From an uncultured Desulfospira sp. (GTDB lineage: Bacteria > Desulfobacterota > Desulfobacteria > Desulfobacterales > Desulfobacteraceae), in assembly GCA_963663165.1 (NCBI GenBank), contig OY760175.1:2304001-2368000 (forward strand): a stretch of DNA of 64,000 nt, read 5' to 3'. Shown in pieces: positions 1 through 9,578 of the stretch (positions are counted from its first letter, which is position 1; each line of letters opens with the position of its first letter). A model generated the notes under the pieces. It saw nothing but the letters and a program-made list of their open reading frames with translations, was not told where the DNA came from and did not search any database. A program made the translations under genes and the position numbers.

Positions 1-2
1 AA

Positions 3-54
3 GCTGAAGGCTAACAGCAGCTAACGGCTAACGGCTAAAAGCTAACCGCTAAAA
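3..54. repeat. Degenerate heptamer tandem repeat (GCTAACG/GCTAAAA-type)
   Basis: gctgaag gctaaca gca gctaacg gctaacg gctaaaa gctaacc gctaaaa directly upstream of the first RBS. Confidence 0.8.
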
Positions 55-67
55 CAAGGAACACAGC

Positions 68-856
68 ATGACCAGAATAGCCGGTGTAAAATTTAAACGG
101 GCAGGCAAAATTTATGATTTTAAAAGTGACGCCTTTGTTCTGAACCCGGGCGACCATGTCATTGTGGAAACTGAACAGGGCTTAGGGTTTGGTATGGTGG
201 CCATCCCCCCCCATGAAGCTGATGCCGGAGAAAAAAAGCTGAAACAAGTGGTTCGGGTGGCCACCCCGGCGGATCTCTCCCGGCGCAAAGACATTGAGCT
301 GCTGGAAACCCGGGCCCAGGAGTTCTGCAAAGACTGCATTAACCGGTTAGGGCTTCTCATGAACCTGTTCTGCGTAGAAGGCACCTTTGACAGGAACAAG
401 CTCACGTTTTTTTATACCGCTGACGGCAGAATCGATTTCAGGGAGCTGATCAAGCTCTTGGTCAAAGAGTTCAGCATCCGCATTGAAATGCGCCAGGTGG
501 GCATCAGAAATCTGTCCAAACATTACGGCGGCATTGGAAAATGCGGCCGGGAGCTTTGCTGCTCATCCTTTTTATCCAACTTTGAGCCGGTTTCCATTAA
601 GATGGCCAAGGAGCAGCACCTTTCTTTGAACCCCACCAAAATTTCCGGAGTATGCGGCCGCCTCATGTGCTGCCTGACCTACGAAAACGACACCTACAAA
701 GCCTTGAAAAAGGATATGCCGAAATTGGGCAGAACCATCACCATTAAAGAAGGAAAAGGCAAAGTCATCCGGCAGAACATTTTAAAAGGGACCGTGACCC
801 TTAAAATGGAAGATGACACTGAAATCGAAACAGAAACATCGAACCTGCAATCATAG
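68..856 (+). CDS. ricT: PSP1/YaaT (RicT) family stage-0 sporulation-like Fe-S regulatory protein
   Basis: FFYTADGRIDFRELIK, GGIGKCGRELCCS, KISGVCGRLMCCL motifs; AGGA RBS; upstream of metG. Confidence 0.9.
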   Translation: MTRIAGVKFKRAGKIYDFKSDAFVLNPGDHVIVETEQGLGFGMVAIPPHEADAGEKKLKQVVRVATPADLSRRKDIELLETRAQEFCKDCINRLGLLMNLFCVEGTFDRNKLTFFYTADGRIDFRELIKLLVKEFSIRIEMRQVGIRNLSKHYGGIGKCGRELCCSSFLSNFEPVSIKMAKEQHLSLNPTKISGVCGRLMCCLTYENDTYKALKKDMPKLGRTITIKEGKGKVIRQNILKGTVTLKMEDDTEIETETSNLQS

Positions 857-866
857 GGGACCCCAC

Positions 867-2792
867 ATGACCCGACCCGCACAATTTTTTACAACGCCCA
901 TATATTATGTCAATGCAAAGCCCCATCTAGGGCATGCCTATACCACCATTGCCGCCGATGTGGCCACTCGGTTTAAACAGATGGACGGCTATGACACCTA
1001 TTTTCTGACCGGAACCGACGAGCATGGGGACAAAATTGTCCAGGCCGCTGAAAAAGAAAATTGCAGCCCCAAAGAATATGTGGACCAAATCAGCCGGTTA
1101 TTCCAGGACCTGTGGCCGGTGCTCAATATCAGCAACAACCAGTTTATCCGGACCACCAACCCCGGCCATATAAAGGTTGTTGAACAGATCTTAACCCGGA
1201 TCCACGACAGCGGCGACATCTATTTTTCAAGCTATGAAGGCCTGTACTGCTTTGGCTGTGAGCGGTTTTACCAGGAAAGGGAACTGACGGACGGCAAATG
1301 CCCGGACCACGGGACCGCGCCTGAGGTGATCAAGGAATCCAACTACTTTTTTAAAATGAGCCAATACCAGGACTGGCTTATTGACCACATCAAGGCCAAT
1401 CCTGATTTTATCCGGCCCGAACAGTATAAAAAAGAAATCCTTTCCTTTTTAAAGGAGCCTTTGGAAGACCTGTGCATTTCAAGGCCTAAAACCCGGCTGA
1501 CCTGGGGAATCACCCTGCCCTTTGACAAGGATTATGTCACCTATGTCTGGTTTGACGCCCTGGTCAACTATATTTCAGCTTTAGGGTTTCCCGACGGGGA
1601 CCTGCTCAAACAATTCTGGCCCACCACCCGCCATTTTGTGGCCAAGGACATTATCAAGCCCCACGGCATCTACTGGCCCATTATGCTCAAAGCGGCCGGG
1701 CTCGATATCTACAAGGGCCTGAATGTCCATGGATTCTGGAATGTCCGGGGCAGCAAAATGTCCAAGAGCATCGGCAATGTCACGGATCCCGTGGAGGTCA
1801 CCGCAGAATACGGGGTAGACCCGTTCCGGTATTTTCTGATGAGAGAAATGGTCTTTGGCCGGGACGCCAACTTTACCGAAGACCAGATTGTCACCCGGAT
1901 CAATTCCGACCTGGCCAATGACCTTGGCAACCTGTTCTCACGGGTGCTGACCATGACCAACCGGTCCTGCCCTGAAGGGTTTTCAAATCAGATCCCGGAG
2001 CTTGCGGCCCGGGAAACTGAATACTCTCTCAAGGACAGTGCCCAGCAGGCGTTGGATGAATTCAAGCTGGCCATGGACCAGTGCGAATTTCATAACGGCA
2101 CCGCGGCTGTCTGGTCATTTATCAGCCTTATGAACAAGTACATCGACACCCGGGAGCCCTGGGCCCTGGCAAAAGACGAAACAAAGCGCCAAGACCTTGA
2201 ACTGGTCCTCTACAATCTTGTGGAAGGCCTTCGGGTGGTGGCCTGTCTGATCTATCCGGTCATGCCGGACACCGCTAAAAAAATGCAGGCGGCCCTGGGA
2301 CTGAATACAGACAATAACGGCCTGGTCCCCCTCCACACCATTATGCCCTGGGGGCAGACCGCCTTTGGAACCGGTTTTGAAAAACCAGCCATCCTGTTTC
2401 CCAGGATTGAGGAAAAGCCCAAAGAAACTGAACCGGTCCAGGCCAAACCCTTTAAACCGGCATTGAAAGATCAGATTTCCATTGAGGATTTTTCAAAAGT
2501 CGATTTGAGGACCGGCACCATTTTAAGTGCCCAAAAAGTTGAAAACTCCAGCAAGCTTCTCAAACTGATCGTTGACCTCGGGGTTGAAAAGCGGCAGATT
2601 ATTGCGGGCATCGGGAAAACCTATTCGCCTGAAAGCCTGACCGGAAAACAGGTGATTGTGGTGGCCAACCTTAAGGAAGCCAAAATCATGGGAGAGGTTT
2701 CCCAGGGCATGGTCCTGGCCGTGAAAGACAAAAAAAATCTGGTCCTTTCGGGGGTGGAAAGTCAGACAGCCAACGGCAAACCAGTACAATAA
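867..2792 (+). CDS. metG: Methionyl-tRNA synthetase with C-terminal tRNA-binding domain
   Basis: TTPIYYVNAKPHLGHAY (HIGH), KMSKS, Zn knuckle, C-terminal Trbp-like domain; ATG 867 with AGGGGA RBS preferred over ORF start 813. Confidence 0.97.
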   Translation: MTRPAQFFTTPIYYVNAKPHLGHAYTTIAADVATRFKQMDGYDTYFLTGTDEHGDKIVQAAEKENCSPKEYVDQISRLFQDLWPVLNISNNQFIRTTNPGHIKVVEQILTRIHDSGDIYFSSYEGLYCFGCERFYQERELTDGKCPDHGTAPEVIKESNYFFKMSQYQDWLIDHIKANPDFIRPEQYKKEILSFLKEPLEDLCISRPKTRLTWGITLPFDKDYVTYVWFDALVNYISALGFPDGDLLKQFWPTTRHFVAKDIIKPHGIYWPIMLKAAGLDIYKGLNVHGFWNVRGSKMSKSIGNVTDPVEVTAEYGVDPFRYFLMREMVFGRDANFTEDQIVTRINSDLANDLGNLFSRVLTMTNRSCPEGFSNQIPELAARETEYSLKDSAQQALDEFKLAMDQCEFHNGTAAVWSFISLMNKYIDTREPWALAKDETKRQDLELVLYNLVEGLRVVACLIYPVMPDTAKKMQAALGLNTDNNGLVPLHTIMPWGQTAFGTGFEKPAILFPRIEEKPKETEPVQAKPFKPALKDQISIEDFSKVDLRTGTILSAQKVENSSKLLKLIVDLGVEKRQIIAGIGKTYSPESLTGKQVIVVANLKEAKIMGEVSQGMVLAVKDKKNLVLSGVESQTANGKPVQ

Positions 2793-2842
2793 TAATGGAT
2801 AATGATAAGCCGCCCGCGCCGGTTTAACTTCAAGAGTTCCTT

Positions 2843-4210
2843 TTGTATACAGATAACAAAGAAAAATCCTGGCAACGGTATCAGGCAGATTTTTTACTCC
2901 AGAAAAAAAAGAAGTCTGTTTTTTCAAAATTCCGGGGGCTTATCCTGGTCTTTCTGATTGGATGTACGGCCATTGGCACAACAGGCCTTTTTTTGTTTTC
3001 AGGGAAAACAAAAAAAATGCCCCGGCCTGTTGAGCCGCCTCCCCTGACAGCAGCCTTGTCCAAAAAACAGTTAAAACCGCTCATCAAAGACCTTGGTTTT
3101 TTAAATTCCACAAAGACCACGTTTACTGCAGGTAACGGGACGGAAAATTTTAAAATTTTTACCAGTTTAAAGCCTGAACTTCAGGCCTTTCTGGTCTCCA
3201 CCCTTGAGCATTCGAAAACATTAACCCGGGGCAAACCCCAGCGCATCGGCATAGTGGTCATGGAAGGCAGTTCCGGCCATATTCTGGCCATGGCCGGATT
3301 TGACCTCGAAGACCCAAAGGCAAACCCGTGTACCGTATCCGACTATCCGGCCGCCAGTGTTTTTAAAATTGTAACGGCCACAGCCGCCATTGACGCCATG
3401 GGGTATACCCCCCATACCCCCCTTTATTTTAACGGCAACAAATACACCCTTTACAAACGCCAGCTCAAGGACCTGCAAAACCAATATACAGTGGAAACCA
3501 GCCTGGCCAAGGCCTTTGCCCAGTCCATCAACCCGGTGTTCGGCAAATTGGGAAAAAACGTTCTGGGACCCGAAAAACTGCAATCCTATGCCCGGGCCTT
3601 CGGGTTTAACCTGCCCCCCCTGTCAGAGCTTGAGTTTGAGCCGGGCCGGTTTAATATCGGCCAGGGCGGCTACCATCTGGCCGAACTTGGCTGCGGCTTT
3701 AACACCGATACCCGGATTTCCCCCATATTTGCCGCCGTGATGGCCGGCACGGTTCTCAATCAGGGAAAATCCCCGGTACCGGTCATTGTTTCCAAAGTGG
3801 CCAACGCAAACGGAGAAGTTGTTTACAAAGCTAGAAAAGAATTTTATAACCCCTGTATGACCCCCCAAAGTGCCAAAAAAATGATGACGCTCATGAAAAC
3901 CACCATTTCGCACGGGACAGCCAGGAAAAGCTTCCGGGGCGTTTCATCTGATGCCGTGTTGTCAAATCTGGTCATCGGGGGAAAAACAGGGTCCCTGTTT
4001 AACAAAGAACATACGATAAAATATGACTGGTTTACCGGTTTCGGAAAAGAAAAAACCTCAGGGAAATCCATTGCCCTTGCCGTCGTTGTGGGACACCGGG
4101 AATACATTGGGACCCGGGCCTGCAGTTACGGCAAAATGATTTTAAAACAATATTTCACCCAGACAGGCACCGCCTTGACCTCAACCACCCAGGATAACGG
4201 GAATAGCTGA
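2843..4210 (+). CDS. Penicillin-binding transpeptidase domain protein (PbpA-like)
   Basis: N-terminal TM; SVFK (SxxK), SIN (SxN), KTG motifs; start codon uncertain. Confidence 0.88.
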   Translation: MYTDNKEKSWQRYQADFLLQKKKKSVFSKFRGLILVFLIGCTAIGTTGLFLFSGKTKKMPRPVEPPPLTAALSKKQLKPLIKDLGFLNSTKTTFTAGNGTENFKIFTSLKPELQAFLVSTLEHSKTLTRGKPQRIGIVVMEGSSGHILAMAGFDLEDPKANPCTVSDYPAASVFKIVTATAAIDAMGYTPHTPLYFNGNKYTLYKRQLKDLQNQYTVETSLAKAFAQSINPVFGKLGKNVLGPEKLQSYARAFGFNLPPLSELEFEPGRFNIGQGGYHLAELGCGFNTDTRISPIFAAVMAGTVLNQGKSPVPVIVSKVANANGEVVYKARKEFYNPCMTPQSAKKMMTLMKTTISHGTARKSFRGVSSDAVLSNLVIGGKTGSLFNKEHTIKYDWFTGFGKEKTSGKSIALAVVVGHREYIGTRACSYGKMILKQYFTQTGTALTSTTQDNGNS

Positions 4211-4266
4211 TTGTAACCTAAAAACTGATTATAACGTAAAAGCCGATTCTAGTTTGGAGGACAACC

Positions 4267-7200
4267 ATGGGGAAAACAAATTTTATCCAGAAAATCAAAA
4301 ACCTGGCCAGACTGAACATTGCTGTAGGGCAATCCCTAAACCAGGCCCGGAAAAACACCTTGATCCTGCTTCCGTTTCAGGAGAATGTCCTGTCCTGCGG
4401 GATCTGCGCCTTTGTGGCATTTAAAGGGGCGGATTCCGGCACTTCATTTGATATGGCTCCGTTTATCCGGGAAATACAAGACATCTGCCTTGGCATCCTG
4501 CCCGAATCTTTAGACGATTTCTGCCTTGAGGACCAATTTTTAGGGGGAGACGATGCCCGGCTTGATCAATTATTCGACGCAGCCCAGGAATTTAAAAAAG
4601 AACATATTTTCCAAGCCCTTTATTTAAGTGGTGAAAACACCCGACAGCTTTCCGAGATGGTAGACGCTTTGGCCAAAGTGCTTGAACAGCAGAAGACCAC
4701 CTTTCGGCAGGTGGAATCCAAGCTCGAAGCGGCCAACGTCAAAACCGGCGCCGGCCGCCTGGAAAAACTTTCAGACATTCACTGGTGCCTGAAAAAAGAG
4801 GTGTTGGACAATATTGATGCCATAAAAAATTTATATGTGGTCAAGGACCAGGCCATCCATCCCGAAGGCTTGATGATTTTTAAACGAATCAACGCCGTGC
4901 TGAACAGCCTTGACCGCCTTGAGGTCCGGGGGAGGGATTCCGCCGGTATTTCTGCCGTTTTTACTTTGAGCAAAAACGAGTTTGAAGCCTTCCGGTCCGA
5001 ACTGGTCAAAGAAGGCCTTTCCGACCGCCTTAAGGCCCGGACCAACCACCTGGTCCTGTCCAACAACACCATAACCATCAGCGACTCCTTTTCCCCTTCC
5101 GGGGACCACCTGGTCAGTATCGCCTTTGTTTATAAATTTGCCGCTGAAATCGGTGCATTAGGGGATAACATCGCCTTTATCCGCAGCCAGATTAAAAACG
5201 ATCTGCTTCTCCAGCTGTTAAGCCGGTTTACCTTTGAATCCACCTCCATTTCCGCCCATACCCGGTGGGCTTCAGTGGGCGACATCACCGAGGCCAACTG
5301 TCATCCCGTGGACAATACCCCCACAGACCGGGAAATCGATAAATCCGGGATTATCCATGTCTGCCTTAACGGGGACATTGACAACTACCTGGAGCTTAAA
5401 ACCGAATACGAAGCCAATTACGATAAAATCCATGAAAGCATTAACACGGACACCAAGCTGATCCCCCTCCAGATTGAAACCTATCTCAAACAGGGGCGGG
5501 AGATTGAAGAGGCGTTCCGCCTGGCCGTAAATGACTTTGAAGGCTCCCATGCCATCAGCATGCACTCCAACCTTTCACCGGGCAAGTTGTTCCTGGCCCA
5601 GAAAGGCAGCGGCCAGGCCATTTTCGTGGGCATTGCCCCGGACCATTACATTGCGGCTTCCGAACTCTACGGTGTGATTGAAGAAACCCGGGAATATATC
5701 AAGCTAAACGGGGAAGACAAAGGCCAGATCATGATCCTGGACCAGCATTCTCCCGGCGGCATAGAGGGAATCCGTTCCTTTTACTATAACGGGGACCCCA
5801 TTGACATTAACGCCAATGACCTGCTGCGCAGCCAGATCACCTCAAGGGACATTGACCGCCAGAATTTCCCCCATTATTTCTTAAAGGAAATCTCTGAATC
5901 TCCCGGCTCCGTTGAAAAAACCCTGGAAAACAAATTCAGGCAGATCCCGGGCTCCGGCCTTTTTGAAACCCGCCTGGATGAAACCGTGGTGCCCTTATCC
6001 ATTCAGGCGGATTTAACGAGCGGAAAAATCAAGAAGATTTACTTTATCGGCCAGGGAACCGCCGGGATTGCCGCCCAGGGGTGTGCGGACCTGCTCGGCC
6101 ATTACCTGGAGGGCCAGGACATTGAAATCCGGGCCCAGAAATCTTCCGAGCTGTCCGGCTTTTGCATCCTGAACTCAGAAGACTCGACCTGCTCCATGGA
6201 CAATACTTTGGTGGTAGCCATCAGCCAGTCCGGCACCACCACGGACACCAACCGGACCATTGACATGATCAAAGGATGCGGGGCCAGAACCATGGCCATT
6301 GTCAACCGGCGGGACTCGGATCTGACCTTCAAGGTGGAAGGGGTGCTTTACACCAGCTCGGGCCGAGACATTGAGATGTCCGTGGCCTCCACCAAGGCGT
6401 TTTATTCCCAGATCACGGCCGGGGCCATCCTAGGGCTTCATTTTGCTGCCATTACCGGGTCAAGGCCAAAAGAGTTTATTACCGAAGAAATCCGGGAACT
6501 TCTGGGCATTTCCGATAAAATGCGGGCCATCCTTGACATGAAAGAGCAGATCCGGACCTCGGCCGGCCGGCTGGCGGTGACCAAAAATTACTGGGCAACC
6601 GTGGGGTCCGGGGCCAACAAAACCTCGGCTGACGAAATCCGGATCAAATTATCCGAGCTTTGCTACAAGACCATTTCTTCAGACTATGTGGAAGACAAAA
6701 AGCACATTGACCTGTCCAGCGAACCGTTGATCATTGTCTGCGCTGCCGGAACTAGGGAAAGTGTTCTCGGGGACATCATCAAGGATACGGCCATTTTCCA
6801 TGCCCACAAGGCCACCCCGGTGGTCATCACCACCGAAGGGGAGGACCGGTTTGATCTTTATGCCGAGGATGTCTTTAAAATCCCCCGGATCAAAGAGCAT
6901 TTTGCCCCGGTCCTCAATACCCTGGTAGGCCATATCTGGGGCTACTATGCGGCCCTTGCCATCAACGAAGGCTCCCGGTTCATGTACCGGGGACGGGCCG
7001 AGGTTAAAGATTGTTTAGAGGAGTTCATCGACAAGGGGCATGATGAATATGAAGTGCTGCTGGAAAAGGCCTTCAGGGAAAAGATTGCCCAATTTTACAA
7101 CCAGTACTCCAAAAAACGGCGGGAAAACGGATTTCCGGCCGCCATGGGCCTGGACAATGCCACCAATATCACGTTGCTGCTCAAATACCTGTCCGGCAGA

Positions 7201-7968
7201 CTCCCGGTGTCAGACTTTGAGATCGATTTTCAGACCAAAGGGACCCCGGCCAACATGCTGAATGCCTTCTTTGAATCTATGGGCAAGGCCATCAATACCA
7301 TGGCAAGACCGGTGGACGCCATAAAGCACCAGGCCAAGACCGTCACCGTCGGCACCAGCCGGATCAGTGAAAAATTTGAAGGGCCCATATTTGATGAGCT
7401 TACGGCCAACGACATTCAGATCTCCCAGATCACCCATAAAAATGTCCTGGTCATGAAAAACCTCCAGGAAGTAATTTCAGAGGTCAAGGGGGCGCTGCTT
7501 TACCGGATCACAGGCTTAAGCCTTTTAGGTGACGTCACCCCGGAAACCCAAATCAGGGTGATCAAAAAATCCGGGGTACTTGAAAACGAAACCTCCCGGA
7601 CCGAAACCGACCATAAATTGATGGGGACCAAAAACATCATTGTCCGGGAAGGCAATGTTTACATCGGCAAGGGACGGAAAGACCAGCGAAGCATCCTGGT
7701 AATCCCGGTTATATCCGCCTCTCCGGACACGCCCAATATCATTGAATTTATCCTGTCCTTGAATGTGGGCTTTAAATCGTCAAAGGAAATCTCCCTGTTA
7801 AAGAAAATCAAGGCCTTGGGGGGAAAATACACGCGGCTCAAGGACTGGGTACTGGAAAGCAAGGCCACCCAGTGGGACGATAAATTCCTGAACCTGGTGG
7901 AGGTTGAAACCCTTTTCGGGGACACCGCTGAAAAGGTGGTGGACGCCATTATCAGCAAGCTGCAATAG
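4267..7968 (+). CDS. Giant GlmS-like glutamine amidotransferase/SIS-domain protein (1233 aa)
   Basis: SCGI, RGRDSAG, AHTRWAS, NCHP, NGDIDNY, TDT, ISQSGTTTDT, VASTKAF, AKTVTVG motifs with large insertions and a C-terminal extension. Confidence 0.85.
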   Translation: MGKTNFIQKIKNLARLNIAVGQSLNQARKNTLILLPFQENVLSCGICAFVAFKGADSGTSFDMAPFIREIQDICLGILPESLDDFCLEDQFLGGDDARLDQLFDAAQEFKKEHIFQALYLSGENTRQLSEMVDALAKVLEQQKTTFRQVESKLEAANVKTGAGRLEKLSDIHWCLKKEVLDNIDAIKNLYVVKDQAIHPEGLMIFKRINAVLNSLDRLEVRGRDSAGISAVFTLSKNEFEAFRSELVKEGLSDRLKARTNHLVLSNNTITISDSFSPSGDHLVSIAFVYKFAAEIGALGDNIAFIRSQIKNDLLLQLLSRFTFESTSISAHTRWASVGDITEANCHPVDNTPTDREIDKSGIIHVCLNGDIDNYLELKTEYEANYDKIHESINTDTKLIPLQIETYLKQGREIEEAFRLAVNDFEGSHAISMHSNLSPGKLFLAQKGSGQAIFVGIAPDHYIAASELYGVIEETREYIKLNGEDKGQIMILDQHSPGGIEGIRSFYYNGDPIDINANDLLRSQITSRDIDRQNFPHYFLKEISESPGSVEKTLENKFRQIPGSGLFETRLDETVVPLSIQADLTSGKIKKIYFIGQGTAGIAAQGCADLLGHYLEGQDIEIRAQKSSELSGFCILNSEDSTCSMDNTLVVAISQSGTTTDTNRTIDMIKGCGARTMAIVNRRDSDLTFKVEGVLYTSSGRDIEMSVASTKAFYSQITAGAILGLHFAAITGSRPKEFITEEIRELLGISDKMRAILDMKEQIRTSAGRLAVTKNYWATVGSGANKTSADEIRIKLSELCYKTISSDYVEDKKHIDLSSEPLIIVCAAGTRESVLGDIIKDTAIFHAHKATPVVITTEGEDRFDLYAEDVFKIPRIKEHFAPVLNTLVGHIWGYYAALAINEGSRFMYRGRAEVKDCLEEFIDKGHDEYEVLLEKAFREKIAQFYNQYSKKRRENGFPAAMGLDNATNITLLLKYLSGRLPVSDFEIDFQTKGTPANMLNAFFESMGKAINTMARPVDAIKHQAKTVTVGTSRISEKFEGPIFDELTANDIQISQITHKNVLVMKNLQEVISEVKGALLYRITGLSLLGDVTPETQIRVIKKSGVLENETSRTETDHKLMGTKNIIVREGNVYIGKGRKDQRSILVIPVISASPDTPNIIEFILSLNVGFKSSKEISLLKKIKALGGKYTRLKDWVLESKATQWDDKFLNLVEVETLFGDTAEKVVDAIISKLQ

Positions 7969-7970
7969 CC

Positions 7971-9197
7971 ATGACCAAAGCGACGTCGCCGGGTAGAAAT
8001 CCGGAACCATCCTGCCCGGTTCTCCCGGCCAAAGCCGTCGGAGACGCATATAAAAAAGAGCTGATGTTCCGGTTCCTGATTGTCCTCACCCTCTGTTCCA
8101 CGGCCGGGCTTCAGTGCTGGCGGACCCTGTTTGACAACTTTGCCGTTCACGAGGGCGGGATCACCGGCCAGCACATGGGCATTCTCCAGTCCATCAGGGA
8201 AATTCCGGGGCTGCTGGCCCTGCTGGTGGCCTACGTGATTATTTTTATCCGGGAGTACCGGCTGTCGGCCCTTTCCATTATTTTTCTGGGGGCCGGCATT
8301 TTTTTAACCGGCCTGATGCCCCGTTTTCCCGGCCTGGTGTTTACCACCCTGGTCATGAGTTTCGGGTTTCACTATTATGAAACCACCAACCAGTCCTTAA
8401 CCCTACAGTACTTTGATAAACAAACCTCTCCTCTGGTGCTGGCCAGCATTCAAAAGGCCTCGGCCACGGCCAATATTCTGGCCGGGGTTTCGATTTTTAT
8501 TATTGCACCCTTTTTAAGCTACCAGGCCATGTTCATCCTGGCCGGCAGCCTGGTCTGCGCCTGCGGCATCTGGGCCATGACCCAGAACCCGGTCCAAAAA
8601 GAGCTGCCTGTCCAGAAAAAAGAACTGGTAATCAAAAAAGAATACTGGCTTTTCTATTTTTTAACCTTCATGGCCGGGGCCAGGCGGCAGATTTTCACGG
8701 CCTTTGCCGTTTTCCTGCTGGTGAAGCGATTTGATTTCACCGTCCAGGAAATAACCCTGCTGTTTCTGCTTAACAATATCGTTAAATTTGCCATCAGCCC
8801 GCTGATCGGCAAATTTATTGTCCGGTTCGGGGAGCGAAAGCTGTTGTCGGCGGAGTATTTTTTCCTGATCCTGATATTCACGGCCTATGCCTATACCGAG
8901 TCCAGAATGGTGGTGGGGTTTCTCTATGTGATGGACCATATCTTCTTTGGGTTCAGCATGGGCATCAAGACCTATTTCCATAAAATCGCCAACCCCGAGG
9001 ACATTGCCCCGAGCGCAGCCGTGGGCTTTACCATCAACCATATTGCCGCCGTTGTCCTTCCCGTAATCGGCGGTTTTCTCTGGATGGTGGATTATAAGAT
9101 ACCGTTTATCGCAGGGGCCGGAATCAGCTTTATCTCCCTTTGCCTGGTCCAGCTGATCCGGGTTCCGGATCAGGCAGACGGACAAGCCGAAGTCTGA
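7971..9197 (+). CDS. MFS transporter
   Basis: About 12 hydrophobic segments; GKFIVRFGERKLL MFS loop motif. Confidence 0.88.
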   Translation: MTKATSPGRNPEPSCPVLPAKAVGDAYKKELMFRFLIVLTLCSTAGLQCWRTLFDNFAVHEGGITGQHMGILQSIREIPGLLALLVAYVIIFIREYRLSALSIIFLGAGIFLTGLMPRFPGLVFTTLVMSFGFHYYETTNQSLTLQYFDKQTSPLVLASIQKASATANILAGVSIFIIAPFLSYQAMFILAGSLVCACGIWAMTQNPVQKELPVQKKELVIKKEYWLFYFLTFMAGARRQIFTAFAVFLLVKRFDFTVQEITLLFLLNNIVKFAISPLIGKFIVRFGERKLLSAEYFFLILIFTAYAYTESRMVVGFLYVMDHIFFGFSMGIKTYFHKIANPEDIAPSAAVGFTINHIAAVVLPVIGGFLWMVDYKIPFIAGAGISFISLCLVQLIRVPDQADGQAEV

Positions 9198-9578
9198 GTA
9201 TTTTTTTCACCGGCATCAGGGTCTGGTTATGGGCGGTAAAAAAATCATGTCATACTGAAACCCCGGCCCATGACTTTTAATAATAGTCTGCTCATTGGTT
9301 GCAATATCAAGGGGGATTTTATTTTTGACATAGTCTTCAGTGAAAAATTTCAACTGCCCCCACACAATGCTTCTATTATTTAATTTTACTTTCAGGTAGG
9401 CTCAAGTGAGCCTGTGTAAATAAAGTAACACTCAAAAATCACAAAAGGCCAGTTCCTGCGGTTCATTAGAACTCTTTAAAATTCAGGGGGGGGGCTATAA
9501 CTGGGCCTAATGATACTTAAATATTTTCACTAACGGATGGTTGTAGAAATTTTGCCTGGTCTAACGGCATCTTTATCC

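Noticed and set aside
813..866. Extended N-termini given by the ORF track (metG 813, transposase 16334, RIT1-A 22365, parD 35107, selB 50233)
   Set aside because: Downstream starts have better RBS or coupling and match the family N-termini.
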